A stretch of DNA of 64,000 nt from an uncultured Verrucomicrobiae bacterium (GTDB lineage Bacteria > Verrucomicrobiota > Verrucomicrobiia > Opitutales > JABDGR01), in assembly GCA_963765205.1 (NCBI GenBank), contig CAVXVB010000004.1, positions 96,001 to 160,000 of the forward strand, in the 5' to 3' direction. Below the pieces are notes generated by a model. That model saw only the letters and a list, made by a program, of their open reading frames with translations. It did no database searches and was not told where the DNA came from. A program made the position numbers and the translations under genes. This document shows positions 13,422 to 22,135 of the stretch, one piece after another; position 1 is the first letter of the stretch; every line of letters begins with the position of its first letter.

Positions 13422-13790
13422 ATGAGCTTCCTTTCTTTTCTTTCAGGATTTTCTCGCCCCAAAACTGTTGAGGGCGGTTTATATTACTTTAAAGACAAGA
13501 ATGGAGCCTATGTGATTCTAAAAATTCTAAAGATCGACGAAAAAGGCGTTCATGTCAGGCAATACAGCAATCAATTCGAAAAACCACCGAAAAAAGTGGA
13601 TGAAGCGTTGCTTTATATGGCTGGGTTTAACCGCAAGCCAAACGAAGCCCTTGGTATGGGGCATATCCCACTTGCAAAGCAAAGTTTTGAAAAATGGCAG
13701 ATAGTTTACATTCAGCAATCAACTGTTAAAGATGAAGAACTTGAGGGCTATAAGATATGGCAGGAGAACAACGGTGGTTATTTTAATTAG
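13422..13790 (+). CDS. Hypothetical protein, AT-rich, inserted in the que cluster
   Basis: Clean ORF in an AT-rich stretch that contrasts with the GC-rich flanks. Confidence 0.75.
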   Translation: MSFLSFLSGFSRPKTVEGGLYYFKDKNGAYVILKILKIDEKGVHVRQYSNQFEKPPKKVDEALLYMAGFNRKPNEALGMGHIPLAKQSFEKWQIVYIQQSTVKDEELEGYKIWQENNGGYFN

Positions 13791-13839
13791 CCTGCGCTGC
13801 CAATGTATAGACAAGTGATTGGCTACAATGCTTTCAGCC

Positions 13840-14532
13840 ATGTTCATCTCCGAAATTTTTCATTCAATTCAAGGCGAGGGCGGGCTGACCGGCACGCCGT
13901 CGGTGTTCGTGCGCGCGTCGGGCTGCAACTTGCGCTGCAATTGGTGCGACACGCCATATGCTTCGTGGCGGCCCGAGGGCGCCGAAATGTCCGTCGCGGA
14001 GATTTTGCACGCGGTAGAGAAATTTCCCGCGCGGCACGTCGTGTTGACGGGTGGCGAGCCGATGGTGGCGAAGGACATCCGCGCGCTCGCGGCGGCATTG
14101 CGCGAAACGGGCCGGCACATTACCATCGAAACCGCGGCGACGATTTTGCCCGACGGCATCGCGTGCGACCTGGCCTCGCTCAGCCCGAAACTGAAAAATT
14201 CAGCGCCGGATGCCGAATTGTTCGGGGCCTGGCGCAAACGGCACGAAAAACTGCGCTGGCAGCCGGACGTCGTCCGCGCCTGGATGGAAAATTATCCATT
14301 CCAGTTGAAGTTCGTGGTGGCGGACGCGAACGACGTGGCGGAAATCCAGTTGCTTTTGCGCGCGCTCGGCGGGAAGATTCCGCCCGAAAAAGTCCTGCTC
14401 ATGCCCGAAGGCGTCACTCTTGAGGCGTTGCGCGCGCGCGAGCCGGCGCTCGTCGAGTTGTGCAAAACGCACGGCTTCCGCTACTGCCACCGCCTCCACA
14501 TCGAACTCTTCGGCAACACGCGCGGGACTTAA
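13840..14532 (+). CDS. queE: 7-carboxy-7-deazaguanine synthase (radical SAM)
   Basis: EIFHSIQGEG, CNLRCNWCDT, LTGGEP, SLSPK. Confidence 0.95.
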   Translation: MFISEIFHSIQGEGGLTGTPSVFVRASGCNLRCNWCDTPYASWRPEGAEMSVAEILHAVEKFPARHVVLTGGEPMVAKDIRALAAALRETGRHITIETAATILPDGIACDLASLSPKLKNSAPDAELFGAWRKRHEKLRWQPDVVRAWMENYPFQLKFVVADANDVAEIQLLLRALGGKIPPEKVLLMPEGVTLEALRAREPALVELCKTHGFRYCHRLHIELFGNTRGT

Positions 14533-14557
14533 TTTCAATTTCAAATCAAAAAAACAG

Positions 14558-14581
14558 GGCCGTCGCAAGCGACGCCCCTAC
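14558..14581. repeat. GTAG-type REP-like hairpin
   Basis: GGGCCGTCGCAAGCGACGCCCCTAC; related GTAGGGGCGTCCCGC hairpin at about 41030-41100. Confidence 0.45.
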
Positions 14582-14682
14582 AGTCATTTGCACCAAGCAC
14601 TAAAACACCCTTCGCCTTCGCTCAGGGTCACTCCCGCCGGGAAGCCGGCTGGGTGACCAAGCACCAGAACACTTTTCTTCCC

Positions 14683-15138
14683 ATGCCCTACCGCATCTGC
14701 AAAATTTTTGAAATCGAGAGCGGCCACATGCTCTCAAAGCACCCGGACTTGTGCAAATACCCGCACGGGCACTCGCGCAAGGTCGAGGTCGTGGTTGAGG
14801 CCGCGGAGCTTGATAAGAACGAGATGGTTTGCGATTTCAAGGCGCTCAAGGACGCGCTGTGGGGGTATCTCAAAAGCTTTGACCACGCGCTGTGCGTGAA
14901 CACACGCGACCAGCAATTCGCCATGCTCCAGGCGGCTTACGGCGCGCAAATCATCGCCTTCGAGAACGAGGACCCGACCACGGAAGTGCTCGCGCGGGCA
15001 ATTTTCACCGAGGCGAAAAAGCGCCTCGCCGCCTACGCCGCCGACCCGCACGCGCCCTATCCCATCGCGCATCCGGTGCGACTGGTTAGCGTGCGCGTTT
15101 GGGAAACCAGCAGCTCGTGGGCGGAATATGTGGAGTGA
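14683..15138 (+). CDS. queD: 6-carboxy-5,6,7,8-tetrahydropterin synthase
   Basis: ESGHML, CKYPHGHS, MVCDF, FDHA, PTTEVLA, VWET; que context. Confidence 0.9.
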   Translation: MPYRICKIFEIESGHMLSKHPDLCKYPHGHSRKVEVVVEAAELDKNEMVCDFKALKDALWGYLKSFDHALCVNTRDQQFAMLQAAYGAQIIAFENEDPTTEVLARAIFTEAKKRLAAYAADPHAPYPIAHPVRLVSVRVWETSSSWAEYVE

Positions 15139-15177
15139 AGTTTGGGATTTTGCGCATCTGCCAAACGGGAACCATCC

Positions 15178-15288
15178 TAACGTTCAACGCTCAACATTTA
15201 ACGCTCAACGCTCAAGTTTGGCGAGGGCACAAGGCTTTCGACCTGTCAGGTTGAACGTTGAGCGTTAAAAGTTAAATGTTGAGCGTTT
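15178..15288. repeat. Inverted pair of heptamer arrays (AACGCTC-type)
   Basis: AACGTTC AACGCTC AACATTT AACGCTC AACGCTC faces TTGAACG TTGAGCG TTAAAAG TTAAATG TTGAGCG. Confidence 0.75.
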
Positions 15289-15417
15289 GCTGCACCCACC
15301 CACGCCGAAGCTGCTCCCAGTCCGCTTTTTCCATCTTCCTTTTTCCGTTTTCCATCCCGTATATCGCCCTTGACCCCGCGGCGGGTTCGCGTTACGCCAG
15401 AAGCCACCCTTTTTTGC

Positions 15418-15549
15418 ATGAGCCAACAATATAACAAAGTCATCAAACGCAAGCGCCGGCTTGCCTATGTCAAACGCCGCAAAGCCGCCCTCAAGGCCGC
15501 CGCGGCGGCCGCGAAAGCGGCCAAATCCTCGAAGAAGGACAAATCCTGA
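15418..15549 (+). CDS. Small highly basic protein (43 aa), not in ORF track
   Basis: MSQQYNKVIKRKRRLAYVKRRKAALKAAAAAAKAAKSSKKDKS; host-like GC3 codon use; TTGACC about 48 nt upstream. Confidence 0.7.
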   Translation: MSQQYNKVIKRKRRLAYVKRRKAALKAAAAAAKAAKSSKKDKS

Positions 15550-15581
15550 GCGGGCGCACCGCCCGCCCGGCTTCAAGCATC

Positions 15582-16181
15582 ATGCGCAACCTTCCGCCAT
15601 CGCGGGTTTGGGCGCGGGCCGTGCTGGCCGCGGGCCTGGGCTTGCTGGCGGGTTGTTCGTCGCCGCCCGCGAGCGCCACCCGCGCGCCGTCGGGCACGAG
15701 CACGGAGGGCGTGGTCATTGCCCATGTGGACCAGCGCTACATCCCGGACGCGGATTTCCGGCGCATTTCAGAATATTTTACGGGCCGGGAAAACACAAGC
15801 GGCCGCCTGATCGAGCGCACCGACCCGCAGCAGCGCGCGGGCTATTATTTCATCCTCAGTCTGGAATGGCACCCGCACACGACGCTGTCCGCCGGCACCC
15901 AGGCCGACCTCGATTACATCCTCAAGGGCGACCCGCAGCCGCGCCACGCGCACTTCGTTTTTTCCGCGCCCACCGGCACTTTCCACGAAATCCTGCTCGG
16001 CCTGACCGGCACGAATTGGACCGACCAGAACGCGACCATGGTCGCCTGGAAAGTGGCGCTCGAAGACGCCGCCGGCGCGGTGCTGGCGACCCAGCAAAGC
16101 TTTTTGTGGAGTTTGCCGGTGAGCGCAGCGGCGCCCGTCGTGGCCGCCGCGACCGCGGAGCCGGCGAAGCCCAACCCGTGA
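15582..16181 (+). CDS. Hypothetical lipoprotein
   Basis: Lipobox LLAGC; stop overlaps next GTG. Confidence 0.75.
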   Translation: MRNLPPSRVWARAVLAAGLGLLAGCSSPPASATRAPSGTSTEGVVIAHVDQRYIPDADFRRISEYFTGRENTSGRLIERTDPQQRAGYYFILSLEWHPHTTLSAGTQADLDYILKGDPQPRHAHFVFSAPTGTFHEILLGLTGTNWTDQNATMVAWKVALEDAAGAVLATQQSFLWSLPVSAAAPVVAAATAEPAKPNP

Positions 16182-17125
16182 GCGCAGCGATTTCCCAGGC
16201 TCTGCCCGTGAAAAAGTCCGCGGCCCGCACCGGCTCAACGACGAGCGCATGGCGGCCCTGGCAACCCACCGCGCGCCCGGTGAAAATCAGCGCGGCGGCG
16301 CTGGCGGAAACCTTGGGCGGCGGCCAGGCCTTTCGCTGGCGACGCGCTCACGATGCAGGCGAGGGGGAAGTCTGGCAGGGCGTCTGGGGCCGGTGCGTGG
16401 CGCGGGTGCGCGCGGGGTGGGAGAATATTTTGGAATGGTCGTGCCCCGTGGAAATGGAAAATTTTTCCCCCGCCGCGCTCGAACATTATTTCGCCGTGGA
16501 TTTGGATTTTGAAAATCTCGCGGACCAATTACCCTGGCGCACGGACGCCGCGCTGGCGGCGCGGCTGCGCGACTGGTGCGGGCTGCGCCTGCTGCGCCAA
16601 CCAACCGGCGAGGCGCTGCTGGCCTTTTTGTGCAGCAGCGCGAAGCAGATTCCCCACATCGCGCAGCTTTGCGAAAACCTGGCCGCGCAGTTTGGCGAGC
16701 CGCTGTGGGGCGGCGTGCGTGCGCTGCCGTCGTGGGCGCGGCTGGCGGAAGTTTCCGAGGACGAATTGCGTGCCTGCCGCCTCGGCTACCGCGCCGGCTT
16801 CATCCACCAGACAGCCCGGCGTTTAATGAACGAGCCGGGTTGGGAGGCGAAAATCAAAAACGCGCCCTATGCGGACGCGCACACCTGGCTGGCCGAGCTG
16901 CCGGGCGTCGGCCCGAAGATTGCCGATTGCGTGCTGCTCTTTGGCGCGGCCCGTTTCGAGGCCTTTCCCGTGGACACCTGGATTCTGCGCGCCATGGCGG
17001 AGCGCTACGGCCTGCGCGGCTGGCGGCCTGCGCAAGTCGCGCACTTTGGCCGTGCCCACTTCGGCCCCCTCGCCGGCCTCGCCCAACAATTTTTGTTTTC
17101 GGGCGAACGAAAGGGAGGAGAATAA
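16178..17125 (+). CDS. 8-oxoguanine DNA glycosylase (OGG1-like, HhH-GPD family)
   Basis: ETLGGGQAFRW, LRLLRQ, LGYRA, LPGVGPKIADCVLLF, FPVDTW; GTGA overlap with upstream gene. Confidence 0.88.
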   Translation: MSAAISQALPVKKSAARTGSTTSAWRPWQPTARPVKISAAALAETLGGGQAFRWRRAHDAGEGEVWQGVWGRCVARVRAGWENILEWSCPVEMENFSPAALEHYFAVDLDFENLADQLPWRTDAALAARLRDWCGLRLLRQPTGEALLAFLCSSAKQIPHIAQLCENLAAQFGEPLWGGVRALPSWARLAEVSEDELRACRLGYRAGFIHQTARRLMNEPGWEAKIKNAPYADAHTWLAELPGVGPKIADCVLLFGAARFEAFPVDTWILRAMAERYGLRGWRPAQVAHFGRAHFGPLAGLAQQFLFSGERKGGE

Positions 17126-17128
17126 GCC

Positions 17129-18838
17129 ATGGCCGCGAAACTCTCGACAAATGATTTTTTCCTCTGGCCGCCGCCAAAATTTTTGGAGCGGACGCGCGGG
17201 ACACAGCGCATCCCGAAAGCGGGGCCGAAAATTTTCCCGACCATCAACCCGTCCTTCGCGCCCGAGGCGTATGAGTTGGAAATCACGACGCGGTTTTCTT
17301 CGATTGTCGCGGGCAGCGCGCGCGGCGTTGAACATGCGTTGCGGACTTTGGACCAGTTGCGCCTGCAAGGCGGCGGCGTGCTGCCGTGCCTGCGCATCGA
17401 AGACGCGCCGGACTTCGCTGTGCGCGGCTTCATGCTCGATATCAGCCGCGGCAAAGTGCCGACCGGCGAGAGTCTGCGCACACTCGTCCGGCAACTCGCC
17501 TCGCTCAAATATAACCACCTGCAGTTCTACACCGAACACACCTTTGCGTTTCGCGGGCACGAACAGGTTTGGCGCGACGCCGACCCGCTGACAGCGGAGG
17601 AAATCACGAAGCTGCAAAAGTTGTGCGACGAAAACCACCTCGAACTATCGGCCAACTTCAATTCCTTCGGGCATTTCGAGCGCTGGCTGAAACATCCGCG
17701 CTATCGGCGGCTCGCCGAATGTCCGCGCGGCTTCCGCCACCCACTCAAAGGCAAGGTGCCGCATGGCACCACCTTGCGACCAGATGCCGCCAGTCTGAAG
17801 TTCCTTGATTCACTCTGGAAGGAGTATCTGCCGCTGTTTGAGTCGCGTCGCTTCAACCTTGGCGGCGACGAGCCGTGGGAACTCGGCCAGGGCTGGAGCC
17901 AGCCGCTCGTGAAAAAACTGGGCAAACACCGCGTATATTTGGATTTTTTGAAAAAATTGCACCAGCTCGCGGCTCAACACGGCAAGGAGATGTTGTTCTG
18001 GGGCGACATTTTGTTGGAAGCGCCGGAATTGATCGCCGAAGTGCCGGCGGATGCAACCGCGCTGCTCTGGGGCTACGAGGCCGCCCATCCGTTTGCGGAG
18101 CAGTGCGCGCGCCTCGCGGCGGCGCGGCGGAAATTCTGGGTCTGCCCCGGTTGTTCCACGTGGAACAGCTTCACCGGGCGCACGGACAACATGCTGGCCA
18201 ATATCGAAAGCGCGGCGCGGCATGGGCGCGCCCACGGCGCGGAGGGCCTGTTGCTCACGGCCTGGGGCGACGGCGGCAACCACCAGCCCTGGCCCACCAT
18301 GTATCCCGGCATCGCCTATGCGGCGGGGCAGGCGTGGAATCAAAATGGCGCAAAACGCGCGGACGCGGCCCGCGCGGTGAACCTCGCCTTCAGCCAAAGC
18401 GCGCATTCCGGCTACGGCGAAACACTCCTCGAACTGGGCCGCGTCGAAAACGCGATCGCCCATCCCCTGCCCAACCGCAGCCGGCATTATAATTTGTTCT
18501 TTGCCTCGCGCAAGGAATTGAAAAAGGAGCTGGCGACTCTGTCCACCGCCGAATTGGAAAAAGTGGCCGCCGCGCTCGCGCGGGTGAAGGCGAAATTAAT
18601 CCGGCGCGGCGAGAAGTTCCTCTGGGAATTCGGCGCGCTCGGCGAATTGGAACTCGGCGCGGACCTGGCGGCCTGGGCCGTCCGCCGCGCGCAATTGGCC
18701 AAAGCCGGACAACGCGCGCGAGTGCTGCGGGCTGAATTGCCGGAACTTATTGAACGTTTTGTCAACGCCTGGGCCAACCGCGCCCGCGAAGGCGGCCTGC
18801 GCGAAGCCGTCGCGCGCCTGGCGGCGGTGGGCCGATGA
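17129..18838 (+). CDS. Glycoside hydrolase family 20 (beta-N-acetylhexosaminidase-like)
   Basis: IEDAPDFAVRGFMLDISRGKVP, NSFGH, catalytic GGDE. Confidence 0.88.
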   Translation: MAAKLSTNDFFLWPPPKFLERTRGTQRIPKAGPKIFPTINPSFAPEAYELEITTRFSSIVAGSARGVEHALRTLDQLRLQGGGVLPCLRIEDAPDFAVRGFMLDISRGKVPTGESLRTLVRQLASLKYNHLQFYTEHTFAFRGHEQVWRDADPLTAEEITKLQKLCDENHLELSANFNSFGHFERWLKHPRYRRLAECPRGFRHPLKGKVPHGTTLRPDAASLKFLDSLWKEYLPLFESRRFNLGGDEPWELGQGWSQPLVKKLGKHRVYLDFLKKLHQLAAQHGKEMLFWGDILLEAPELIAEVPADATALLWGYEAAHPFAEQCARLAAARRKFWVCPGCSTWNSFTGRTDNMLANIESAARHGRAHGAEGLLLTAWGDGGNHQPWPTMYPGIAYAAGQAWNQNGAKRADAARAVNLAFSQSAHSGYGETLLELGRVENAIAHPLPNRSRHYNLFFASRKELKKELATLSTAELEKVAAALARVKAKLIRRGEKFLWEFGALGELELGADLAAWAVRRAQLAKAGQRARVLRAELPELIERFVNAWANRAREGGLREAVARLAAVGR

Positions 18839-18879
18839 TCGGGCCGCCGTTCTCGGTATTGCACTTGCGCCCTGCTTCC

Positions 18880-19662
18880 CTACGGCGCTCGCAACGCCGC
18901 GGCCACGGCGGCGGCCAGGTCCTTCGCCGGCGGGTTTTTGCTGAGGATGACGCCGTGGCGGTCCAGCAGGTAATCTTGCGGGACGTAGCGCACACCGAAT
19001 TTCACCGCCAGCGCGCTGTTCCACCAGTTGCCGTCGTAGGCTTGCGGCCACACCATTCCCCGCTCGCGCAGGCCGGTGGCGAACGTCTCCTTGTCTTGCA
19101 TTTCGAGGCCCACGCCGAGGATGTCAAAGCCCGCGTCGTGATTTTGGTCGTAGGCCGCCTGCACCCCCGGCAAATCCGCGTTGCACGGCCGGCACCAGGT
19201 GGCCCAAAAATCCACCAGCACCACCTTGCCTTGGTAATCGGACAGGGTGCGCTTGACGCCGTCGAGGTCCGTAAACGAAAAATCGGGAAACTTCGCGCCT
19301 TTGACTAGCGACCGGTTCAGCGCCTCGCCCGCCGCCTGCTCCGCCGCCGAGGGCGTGGTGTGCATCATTTTTATGCTCGCGGAACCCATTTGCAACAAGA
19401 TCGGACCGTAGAGGATGCTCACGATGATGGCCAGCGAGAGGCCGCAAAGGGACAGCATCAAACCGATCAAGGCCCGGCCGAGGCGCGTGGAATTCGAACC
19501 GAGGCCGAGGCAGGAAAGCACCACGCCGATGAGGGCCACCACCACCCCAACCCCGGGAATGAGCCACGCCCCGAGCGAGCTAACGCCCCAGGCCAAACTG
19601 GCGTTCACCAGACCGTTCGAATCCTTCACCGGCTTCGGTGATGATGGGACAGCGGAGTTCAT
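18880..19662 (-). CDS. Membrane-anchored TlpA/ResA-like thiol-disulfide oxidoreductase
   Basis: N-terminal TM helices; PDFSFTDLDG, KVVLVDFWATWCRPC. Confidence 0.88.
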   Translation of the reverse strand: MNSAVPSSPKPVKDSNGLVNASLAWGVSSLGAWLIPGVGVVVALIGVVLSCLGLGSNSTRLGRALIGLMLSLCGLSLAIIVSILYGPILLQMGSASIKMMHTTPSAAEQAAGEALNRSLVKGAKFPDFSFTDLDGVKRTLSDYQGKVVLVDFWATWCRPCNADLPGVQAAYDQNHDAGFDILGVGLEMQDKETFATGLRERGMVWPQAYDGNWWNSALAVKFGVRYVPQDYLLDRHGVILSKNPPAKDLAAAVAAALRAP

Positions 19663-19772
19663 GTATATTGAATGACGCCACCCACCTCTCAAACGGAACA
19701 CGATAGATTTGCCAATTTAATCGGCTGGTCTCAGCCGGAAAACGCTCGGCTGAGCCGCTGATGGCCAATGGA

Positions 19773-20514
19773 TCAAGCGGCGGCGAGACCGCGGGGTCGC
19801 AGGTCGTCTTCGTCCGCCGATTTCAACTTCTTGCGCAGGCGGAGGCAGTGGAGGCTGCCCGAGATGGCGAGCAGGAGCCAAGCCAGCGCAATCGGGAGCT
19901 GGGAAACATAGCGCACCGACTGCTCATCGGGCGGTGAATGCCAAAAGGCCACGGAGCCACAAATCGCCAGCGACAAGATGCCCACATTTATCCAGTGGCC
20001 GACCGTCAGCAAAATAATCCGCCGCCGAAATCCTTAAATTGGGTTTCCGCCGGGCCAGCACATGGATGCCGATGGCGAGGGGAACACTGATCAGCAGGAG
20101 GGAAGCGGCCACCGTCTCGTAAAGCAGAAAAGCCCGGTAATCCATCGTGAACAAATCCCGGGGCTTGGGCAGAAAAAGGGTGAAGGTAAGCCAGAGTTGC
20201 AGGAAAATCATCAAGAAGGGGTTCCGACATCCACAGCTCGTCCAGAGGGTCGCCAGGCGGGCGTCCTCGTCGGTCAGGTGCTCCCGGCCAAAGCGCCGGG
20301 CGGCGGCCGGGGCGTTGCCCAAATCCGTGAGGGCGGCGGCTTGGGCGGCGGGTTCGCTCAAACCTTTGACCAAATGCGCCTGCACAGCTTCGGCGTAATG
20401 CGCCTCGATTTCCTGTCGCACGCGCGCCTGCGCCGACGGCACGAGAGAGCCGGTGGCTTGTTCCAGCCATTCGGCAACATTGGTTGGCTTCGGTCTGGGC
20501 AGGCCCAAGATCAT
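19773..20514 (-). pseudogene. HAAS/permease-prefix-like membrane protein, paralog D (apparent +1 frameshift near 20029)
   Basis: N-term WLEQATGSLVPSAQARVRQEIEAHYAEAV; removing one T joins it to 19773..20012, giving LARRKPNLRIRRRIILL...LRLRKKLKSADEDDL. Confidence 0.75.
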
Positions 20515-20579
20515 GACACATGCTGGAGGTAAATGGTTTTTGCGCGGCGGGTGGGAAAGTGCGACTCAAATCCAAGTGA

Positions 20580-21281
20580 TTAAGCGCGCGCGGGATCGCC
20601 CGGCGGCAGGGCCTCGTTGCCGGCGGATTGCAGTTTCCGTCGAAGGCGGAGGAAATAATAGGTGCTGGGAGCAGCAACAACGAAGAGAATTAATATATTC
20701 AATCCATGGGACGACTCCCAAGGATCGATTAAAAAGCAGGCATACATCATGAGCCAACTAACATAGTTCATAAAAACGAGCTGACCCCGAATAGCCGGGG
20801 TAATTTTTAGTCCGGCCAGGATATAAGCGGCGACCCTGGTCGTAACGACAATGACCATAATCAGAAACATGGACACCGTCGGGCACCAGTAAACCCAACC
20901 GGGGGCAATGCCAAAAAATACGCCTATTGAATCCAAGGTTAACCAATACATGACGAGGATGAGCAAACTTATAAACCCCCAGGGGACAATATCTCGGGAA
21001 GCGTCGTTTACAATTTTGGTGACTATCTCGGCATCTGTTTTTGTCAGATAGTTCCGGCCCAAACGCCGGGCGGCGGCTTTGGCATCGCCCAAGTCAGCCA
21101 GCGCCGCCGCTTGCGCTGCGGGTTCCGTCGCGCCGGCGGCCATGTGCGATTGCACTGCCTCGGCGTAATGCGCTTCGATTTCCGACCGCACGCGCGCTTG
21201 CGCCGACGGCACCAGTTTCCCCGTGGCAATTTCGAGCCACTCGGAGAGGGTTTGCGCGGTGCGTTGGCGAAAGAAATTCAT
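20580..21281 (-). CDS. HAAS/permease-prefix-like membrane protein, paralog C
   Basis: WLEIATGKLVPSAQARVRSEIEAHYAEAV...AALADLGDA; about 4 TM segments; tail LRLRRKLQSAGNEALPP. Confidence 0.8.
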   Translation of the reverse strand: MNFFRQRTAQTLSEWLEIATGKLVPSAQARVRSEIEAHYAEAVQSHMAAGATEPAAQAAALADLGDAKAAARRLGRNYLTKTDAEIVTKIVNDASRDIVPWGFISLLILVMYWLTLDSIGVFFGIAPGWVYWCPTVSMFLIMVIVVTTRVAAYILAGLKITPAIRGQLVFMNYVSWLMMYACFLIDPWESSHGLNILILFVVAAPSTYYFLRLRRKLQSAGNEALPPGDPARA

Positions 21282-21291
21282 GGCGAATCGG

Positions 21292-22086
21292 TTAAGCTGC
21301 GGCTGGATCGCGCGGCGGCAGGGCCTCGTCGCCGGCGGATTGCAGTTTTTTGCGCAGGCGAAGTAAATTGAGGGCTTGGCTGCCCATCACGAATACCATT
21401 ATCCAGGCCGGCCCGTGTGAAAATACCCAGCCCCAAAAATGGAACCCGGACAAGTGGCCGTTCATGGATCGGCGCAGGGCGTCGGAGGTGAAGACGGCGG
21501 GGTAAAGAGCGCCGATAATAAAGCATTCCACGGCCCGGAACAAAATGATTTGCCGCGGCTGGGCGGGGGCGTTTTTTCCTCCGGCTGCAACATAAACGGC
21601 GCGCCGGACCAGGATCTCCGCCAGCAGCAGCAAAAACAAAACTTCGATCAAAAACAGCGCGGCGACGTTGTCCATCGGCGGGTAGAGCCAAAACATCACG
21701 GATTCCAAGACCGCCATAAAGAGAATAACCGAACACAGAAACACCCCTAAAAAAACACTTCGGCCCATATTGATGCTCCGGGCGACTTCCGTGGCGTCTT
21801 TTTCGGTCAGATGCTCCCGGCGAAAGCGCCGGGCGGCGGCGTGCGCATCACCCAAATCCGCCAGAGCCGCCGCCTGCGCCGCGGGTTCGGACGCGCCGCC
21901 GGCCAGATGGGCTTTGATGGCCTCGGTGTAATGCGCCTCGATTTCCGCGCGGATGCGCGCCTCGGCCGCCGGCACAAGATACCAGGTGGCCGTCTCCAGC
22001 CACTCGGCCAGGTTGCGCGGCTTTTGCCGACCCAAGGGTGGCTTGGGCTTGAGTAGGGGCGGTTTGGGTTTGGGCAAGAAGTTCAT
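21292..22086 (-). CDS. HAAS/permease-prefix-like membrane protein, paralog B
   Basis: WLETATWYLVPAAEARIRAEIEAHYTEA...AALADLGDA; about 4 TM segments; tail LRLRKKLQSAGDEALPP. Confidence 0.8.
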   Translation of the reverse strand: MNFLPKPKPPLLKPKPPLGRQKPRNLAEWLETATWYLVPAAEARIRAEIEAHYTEAIKAHLAGGASEPAAQAAALADLGDAHAAARRFRREHLTEKDATEVARSINMGRSVFLGVFLCSVILFMAVLESVMFWLYPPMDNVAALFLIEVLFLLLLAEILVRRAVYVAAGGKNAPAQPRQIILFRAVECFIIGALYPAVFTSDALRRSMNGHLSGFHFWGWVFSHGPAWIMVFVMGSQALNLLRLRKKLQSAGDEALPPRDPAAA

Positions 22087-22135
22087 GTGGCCTCCGGAAG
22101 GAATAAATTTTGGGCGGCGGGTTCGCGAAAGAAAT

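Noticed and set aside
12223..15138. Deazaguanine DNA-modification (dpd) defence island
   Set aside because: No dpdA/tgt-like or dpdB-K genes in the window, and queF points to tRNA queuosine synthesis.
15461..17125. 554-aa glycosylase with a long N-terminal extension
   Set aside because: The extension overlaps the small basic ORF and the lipoprotein gene in other frames; the real start is probably GTG 16178 or slightly downstream.
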